A stretch of DNA of 64,000 nt. Origin: a virus (taxonomy: Duplodnaviria; Caudoviricetes). Of this stretch, positions 58,606 through 64,000 are shown piece after piece. Numbering within the stretch: position 1 is the first letter of the stretch; each line of letters begins with the position of its first letter. The notes below the pieces were generated by a model. That model had not been told where the DNA came from. It was given only the letters and a program-made list of their open reading frames with translations, and made no database searches. The stretch covers positions 1 through 64,000 of IMG/VR virus record IMGVR_UViG_3300012173_000004; one strand, 5' to 3'. Position numbers and translations under genes: made by a program.

Positions 58606-58988
58606 GTGACCAGTTCGTAGTAATGACAGGCAGCCGTGAATGGGAACTCGCTGATCCTGTAAAGGAAGCGGTGTCATCTTTAAATAAGGAAGTAATTGTC
58701 CTCCATGGTGGCGCTCGTGGCCTCGACACATTAGCCCACAATTTCTGTCTTGAATTGGGGTTAAAGGTAATACCAATTTTTGCTGACTGGTATAAGTATG
58801 GTAAGACTGCAGGTGTTATAAGAAACACTACGTTAATTGAATTTAATCCAATTCTTGTTATAGGTTTTCTCATTGATAACATACCCTGTAACGGAACACA
58901 GGATTGTTTGGCCAAGGCCAGATTAAAAAATATCCCGACTTTGGTATGCCATACAGTTTATAACGCAGCGACGTTTGCTTGGGAGTAG
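58602..58988 (+). CDS. SLOG-family (DUF2493/YspA-like) protein
   Basis: VMTGSREW, HGGARGLD, ADWYKYGK.AG.IRN and GT..C motifs. Confidence 0.85.
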   Translation: MSDQFVVMTGSREWELADPVKEAVSSLNKEVIVLHGGARGLDTLAHNFCLELGLKVIPIFADWYKYGKTAGVIRNTTLIEFNPILVIGFLIDNIPCNGTQDCLAKARLKNIPTLVCHTVYNAATFAWE

Positions 58989-58999
58989 TTTGCTTTACC

Positions 59000-59032
59000 G
59001 CTAATTTAACAATGATAATGTGTTAAATTAGC
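59000..59032. repeat. Perfect 12-bp inverted repeat (operator or terminator-like)
   Basis: GCTAATTTAACA-N9-TGTTAAATTAGC, intergenic. Confidence 0.7.
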
Positions 59033-59408
59033 TTGAAAGTAAACCTTTTGATCTGTTTAAGGAGCTATTATGCAGTGTCCCAACAAAAATCACCCATACA
59101 GCAATGATGGTAAATGGACTGTGATGCTTGATAGGATTACTGCTTTTTGTCAAGTGTGTGGGACTAAATGGAGTACTAAGTGAAGAAACGTAAAGTAGTA
59201 CTCAAGGCTTGGGCCGATATTGGATCGCATGGACATATCTTTACATTCATCGGTGGTCCAACTGGAATTCGTTACCCTGGCCTACTGCAGATTTATAAAG
59301 ATCGTCTTACACCAAATCTCAAGCCTATAACGATCACTTATGAGCTTGATAGGAAAAATGAAAATTAGCTAGTTTTTGCCGCCAGAGCTGTATTAGTAAG
59401 GGGGTTCG

Positions 59409-60272
59409 ATGAAGACGACAGTAATTTATCATGGTAATTGTTATGATGGCTTCGGCGCTGCTTGGGCTGCCAATAAAAAGTTCTTTGGCGAAGGTCAAAA
59501 GGTCGAATACATTCCAGGTTTATACGGCATGGAATTTCCTTTCGAAGCGTGGGAAGGCAATCTCTACATTCTCGACTTTTCATTTCCAAAACAGATCATA
59601 GGGTCGCGTCAGTTAGTCGACGATTACGTACTGAATATTGGGGAATTTAAGGTCATCGATCATCACAAGACGGCAGAGGCGGATCTACGCGATTACCCTG
59701 GTTGTACAATCTTTAACATGGCCAAATCAGGGGCGGTACTAGCATGGGAATTCTTTCATCCTGGTAAACCAGTACCCATTCTCTTACAGTACGTTCAAGA
59801 TCGTGATCTTTGGAAGTTTGAGATGCCTTTTAGCCGAGAGATTGACTGCTACATTAAATCGCTGCCTTTCGACTTCAGGGCGTGGGATGAAGCTGAGATC
59901 ATGTTTCAGCACCATATCAACCAAATTATCACTGAAAGTAAAGGCGCTTATAGGTACCAAAGAGCGATGGTCGACGTTATGTGTAATAACTACGTCGTGC
60001 GTAATATTGCTGGTTATCCTGTACCTATTACGAATGCAACAGTGTTCTTTAGTGAAGTAGGCGAAGAACTCTGTAAACGTTTTCCAGATGCTAATTTCGC
60101 CGCCTACTATCTGGATCGTAAAGATGGCAGGCGTCAGTTTGGTCTACGATCTCGCAATGGTTTCGACGTTTCTGAAGTCGCAAAAAAATTTGGAGGTGGA
60201 GGCCATCAAGCATCAGCTGGATTTGTAATAGATCTCGCTGCCTTAGAGGCCCCATGGAATACCAATGCCTAG
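59409..60272 (+). CDS. DHH/DHHA1 phosphoesterase
   Basis: YH..CYDGF, LDFS, IDHHKT, DRDLW and FGGGGH..AGF motifs. Confidence 0.9.
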   Translation: MKTTVIYHGNCYDGFGAAWAANKKFFGEGQKVEYIPGLYGMEFPFEAWEGNLYILDFSFPKQIIGSRQLVDDYVLNIGEFKVIDHHKTAEADLRDYPGCTIFNMAKSGAVLAWEFFHPGKPVPILLQYVQDRDLWKFEMPFSREIDCYIKSLPFDFRAWDEAEIMFQHHINQIITESKGAYRYQRAMVDVMCNNYVVRNIAGYPVPITNATVFFSEVGEELCKRFPDANFAAYYLDRKDGRRQFGLRSRNGFDVSEVAKKFGGGGHQASAGFVIDLAALEAPWNTNA

Positions 60273-60476
60273 ATATGTACAGCCTGAAGACGTCATGCAC
60301 CAAATGAACGAAGAACATCTTCGTTCAGCGGTTTATCATTTAGAAGCTTATGTGGCGTCGAGACAATGGAATGCTTCAGACTCTCAAGTAATCAATACAG
60401 AGATCATTCCTATTATAGGTACTCTAAAAGAAATGTTATCCTAATACCAACACTCATATATGTTGAGGGTGATGAG

Positions 60477-60677
60477 ATGACAGTACCACCTATCTTTAAA
60501 ATCGAATCCTTGCCTGAATCTCCTAATGAATTGGATTTCGTCGATCCTGATATTGCCGAAATTTTTCGTGGCAAAGGAAACTACTTCAATGGTCATCCTA
60601 CGATTATGCAACTAGTAAAGGAACTACGCCTCCTTAGGACGTCAGTAGAAATTCTAGAAAGGAAACTTGTTCCATGA
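60477..60677 (+). CDS. Hypothetical protein
   Basis: GAGG SD before the ATG at 60477. Confidence 0.4.
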   Translation: MTVPPIFKIESLPESPNELDFVDPDIAEIFRGKGNYFNGHPTIMQLVKELRLLRTSVEILERKLVP

Positions 60678-61328
60678 ACAAACCGACACGATCTTTTCTA
60701 AACTTGACATGGGTAGGGTGGCTCAATTTTATCATCCTCCAATGGTTTTTGATACGTTTAGCTTATGGAGACAAGTGGAGATTGATATTTTGGGTTCCAC
60801 CTTTGTGCGGATGGTTGCCAGGTGATAGTCCTCTTTATAACAACGCAGTGAAGCACTTCAGGTGGCCACGCTAATTAAAGACGAATTTAAAATCACACGA
60901 AAGCTGTGGGGAAAGGTTAAGATGGTATGAAAAAACCTGCAATTAACTGGAAGGATATTGCCCTACGTTTAGCAAGATCTATCATTCGACATGATAATGA
61001 CCCATATGCAAGTAATCCATCAGAAAGATCTGTCCGACTAGCTCGTCGAGTAATCGCAGATAACCTAATTCACACTACTAAGTCTAAGTAGCACGTCAGT
61101 GACTACACAACAAGTTTTAAACTTTTGCAAACGTAATCAATTAAGGGCAGTTGTAATAGTTTGGTATTCACCAGATTATGACTGGCGCATGTTTCGAATT
61201 GAGCGTGTACTAAAAGATAAAGTAGCACTTACAGGTATGACTAATACTAGTGAAAGTATACACGATGGTAGTTTTTTCTGGTGCAAGTTTAGTGATATAA
61301 AAAGTATTAAGCTTAGGCGCTGATAACT

Positions 61329-61634
61329 ATGCCTCCAAACGTTAACCTTCCATGGATATTGGTAGATGGTGGCCACTTCCAATGTGTACTAGTTGTCGAT
61401 GCAGATGAAATAATTGTTGATAGTGGTAATATGCTCCATAGTTGGGTCAACTCTAGACTCGACGACTTCCTCGACTATTGTGAACGTCTAGAATTCAACA
61501 CGAGATTACTATCTCCTAATGAAAAGGTTAACCTGACACCCATGTCAATGTTTGAATGGGAGGCTACCTTGTTAAGGATGGGATTAACATATCAGTTAGT
61601 TAATAATAGACTAACCCTGCTACCAAAGAGATAG
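61329..61634 (+). CDS. Hypothetical protein
   Basis: Last ORF before the long non-coding region. Confidence 0.45.
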   Translation: MPPNVNLPWILVDGGHFQCVLVVDADEIIVDSGNMLHSWVNSRLDDFLDYCERLEFNTRLLSPNEKVNLTPMSMFEWEATLLRMGLTYQLVNNRLTLLPKR

Positions 61635-61770
61635 GTACTAGTTACCACCCAACTTCTTCCAACAAATTACTATCAGTAAGTCGTATTCTAATTCGTCTTC
61701 AACGACGATTTTACACAGTTCTATGCCAAATGAAATCAAATGATAACGTATTCCTAACTATAGCTAGTGA

Positions 61771-61913
61771 TTGATATGTCAATGAGGTAATAGGATTCGG
61801 TGGTATAAGGGATGAATAAGGGATCTGTTAAGCAAATGATTTCAGGATTAATATGTCAAGGAGGTTATGTAGTTGTAGATGGAATAGAGCTTAGATTAAT
61901 GTTGATATGTCAA
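61771..61913. repeat. Three copies of quasi-palindromic TT(G/A)ATATGTCAA
   Basis: Copies at 61771-61782, 61848-61859 and 61902-61913. Confidence 0.7.
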
Positions 61914-62402
61914 TAGGGGTGAGGGTATGAGGCTTATTATGGTGATGTGCTTGTGATAATTGATGCGCCTATATGAATCGACAATTCGCACTGGACGTCT
62001 CACATTATAATAACTACATGAACACAACAAACACACAACTAATGGGGGTAGTAATTAGCGTCTAAACATCTGACGTTATAGTCTACACATCAAAAACAGC
62101 CCTAATAGGCAAAGTGTAGATCAGGTAAGTCCAAATCACTACGGTTAGACGACCGAAACTGTCCTTGGATTTCAATCCACGCCAAAGCGTTGGTAGCGGC
62201 GTATGAGGGATATATAGAGTTCAATGTCCCGAAATTTGAGCAGCGTGATATGGAGCCAAAAATTTCCAACTATTAAAGGAGTCGTCATGAAAAGGTTGCT
62301 TTGGGATTTGTGGTCAGTGATCAGTAATTTGTACGTTCTCATATTGGTAGTTAAATCCGTCAGTAAGTAACATTAACCCTTAGCCAATAAAAAGGAGTTG
62401 CT

Positions 62403-62780
62403 ATGAACTTTACCAATGTTGCTAATTTAACCGTCAAATTGTCGACTTCTACTGCGGGTGTTAGCGATTTCATCAAATCGGAGTTACGTTCCATTCCGGA
62501 AGGACAGGCACTCGCGATGGTTGACCTCGTTCGTGCGGTACAGTCAAATTGCCCAACCGTACCTAACAAACATCAAGCTTATACGCGCATCAATAATGTG
62601 TTGTCGCGCGAGTTTGGTAAGGCTTTCATCAAGTTGGTTGGCGACGATGGTTATACCTACATCGCGCATAAGGTCGAAGAGGTCGAAATTCCGACCATCA
62701 GTGACGAGGATTCCAACTTGGAGGAAGACACCACAGGAATCGATAAGTTGATCGAGGATCTTAACAAGGCAGTTGACTAA
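62403..62780 (+). CDS. Hypothetical protein (possible wHTH with acidic tail)
   Basis: AAGGAG SD; 125 aa. Confidence 0.55.
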   Translation: MNFTNVANLTVKLSTSTAGVSDFIKSELRSIPEGQALAMVDLVRAVQSNCPTVPNKHQAYTRINNVLSREFGKAFIKLVGDDGYTYIAHKVEEVEIPTISDEDSNLEEDTTGIDKLIEDLNKAVD

Positions 62781-62897
62781 TGGAGGCAATAATCCACTTC
62801 CTCCTATTGTGGCTGGTAGTGTACGCCTTGCTTCGGCTTGGCGTACACTTAGCTAGTCAAACAAAAACATACGCAACGAAATGGATGCGGAGGTATC

Positions 62898-63326
62898 ATG
62901 AAGTACAGTCCAGTTGGATCCCTGAACCGCGCTGACGCCAACTACCGTCAACGGGGTGGCCGATGGAAAAACACAAGCCACCTAACAGGTAGGCGTATGT
63001 GGATGAAAGACAGTGTCAAGAGGAACTCTGTGACAGGCTTCGATCCAGAGGAGCTGACAGTATTGGAACAAGCTGTGTACGAAGGTATCGCACCACAGAT
63101 GAGCAGCTTTGCCTTACTGGAAGAAGCATGTATCCTGTACGCGCCCGAAATGGAAGGCGACATGGATCCACGTCACGAACTAGGCGAATGGTTCCGTCCG
63201 AAAGCAAAGGGTCGCTTCGGTAACCCTAACCACGGACAAGCCATCTATACGGTAGGGCTTAAGAAGTACCACGGGGATGGGTGCAGCTGCTACGAATGTA
63301 TAGGCGAAACAAGAAATACTGACTAA
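62898..63326 (+). CDS. Hypothetical protein (C-terminal H..GCSCYEC)
   Basis: GGAGG SD. Confidence 0.55.
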   Translation: MKYSPVGSLNRADANYRQRGGRWKNTSHLTGRRMWMKDSVKRNSVTGFDPEELTVLEQAVYEGIAPQMSSFALLEEACILYAPEMEGDMDPRHELGEWFRPKAKGRFGNPNHGQAIYTVGLKKYHGDGCSCYECIGETRNTD

Positions 63327-63610
63327 TCAACCAAAGGCACCAGTCACGCTGCTCCACAGGACCTAAAGGATAAGGGCACACCGTCCCACATAACGGCCAG
63401 GGCGTATACGGGCCAATCCCTAGGCGCTAGACACACGATCGCGCGGCTTACTGGCCCGACCCTCTAGGACTCATGACCCTAGTATATTAACTTGTATCCA
63501 TATATACCTCCCTTCAATTATAAGACGATTTGTGGCTCTAACGTTTCAGCGTCGAGAATATGATGAGCCACAAATTAACGTAGTTATGTAAGAATAGAAA
63601 GAGAGGTTTT

Positions 63611-63844
63611 ATGTCAATGATCAATGGCGTTGAGGTTAATGATGTCACGGTCGACGACTTTATCGATACACGAGACTCAAGGACATTGTGGTTCTGGCCT
63701 AATGGTTATGGCGTTGCACCTGCATTTGAATTGAATAGAGAGCAAGTCGAAGACATGTACAAGTCACTATGGGCTTGTGAGACGATGAGTCAGGATTCCG
63801 ACGATGTGGAGATCAAAGTAACACTGAAACGTCAGAGCAACTAA
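63611..63844 (+). CDS. Hypothetical protein
   Basis: GAGG SD. Confidence 0.5.
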   Translation: MSMINGVEVNDVTVDDFIDTRDSRTLWFWPNGYGVAPAFELNREQVEDMYKSLWACETMSQDSDDVEIKVTLKRQSN

Positions 63845-64000
63845 ATTACTATAAGTAATAATAGTTCAACAATAACGTCTACACACATAGGAGAAGATAG
63901 ATATGTCATTAGTCCCGCCTACACTAGTACGTAAGTGGATAGCTGATAACGATAAGGCATTAGAGGATATGTTAGTCGTTATTAACGTAGATGGTAAGCA

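Noticed and set aside
61771-61913. Minus-strand promoters from TTGACA in the 12-mer repeats
   Set aside because: No good -10 box at 16-18 nt spacing and no minus-strand gene downstream
62130-62165. Hammerhead ribozyme (stem followed by GAAAC)
   Set aside because: No CUGANGA core before the stem
1-64000. CRISPR array, DGR/reverse transcriptase, integrase, transposase, intein or tail sheath
   Set aside because: No repeat-spacer array or diagnostic motifs were seen by eye; TerL, RecA and RNR lengths leave no room for inteins

Overview
A 64-kb segment of a large tailed dsDNA phage, probably siphovirus-like because it has a tail tube and a 1351-aa tape measure but no sheath gene. Essentially all credible genes are on the + strand. 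Gene order: gp32-like SSB, RecA and resolvase; terminase and portal; a MuF-like head protein with zincin domains, a second zincin and a lone QueC-like gene; prohead protease, major capsid protein and head-tail connectors; an 11-gene, ~12-kb glycan synthesis island (4 glycosyltransferases, 3 methyltransferase-like genes, 4 nucleotide-sugar enzymes) inserted between head-closure and tail-completion genes; a tail module with a -1 frameshifted chaperone; a GH108 endolysin; nucleotide metabolism genes (class II RNR, PRTase, DUF5664, MazG-like, dCMP deaminase, HAD); a lipoprotein moron; a second cluster of paralogous fibre/decoration-like genes; and many small ORFs, a deleted tRNA-His remnant and a repeat/hairpin-rich non-coding region. 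The best candidate for a new system is a virion-modification module: a self-contained virion glycosylation pathway plus head-associated metalloproteases and a QueC-like ligase. All calls come from motif recognition and gene order only; no database searches were run.
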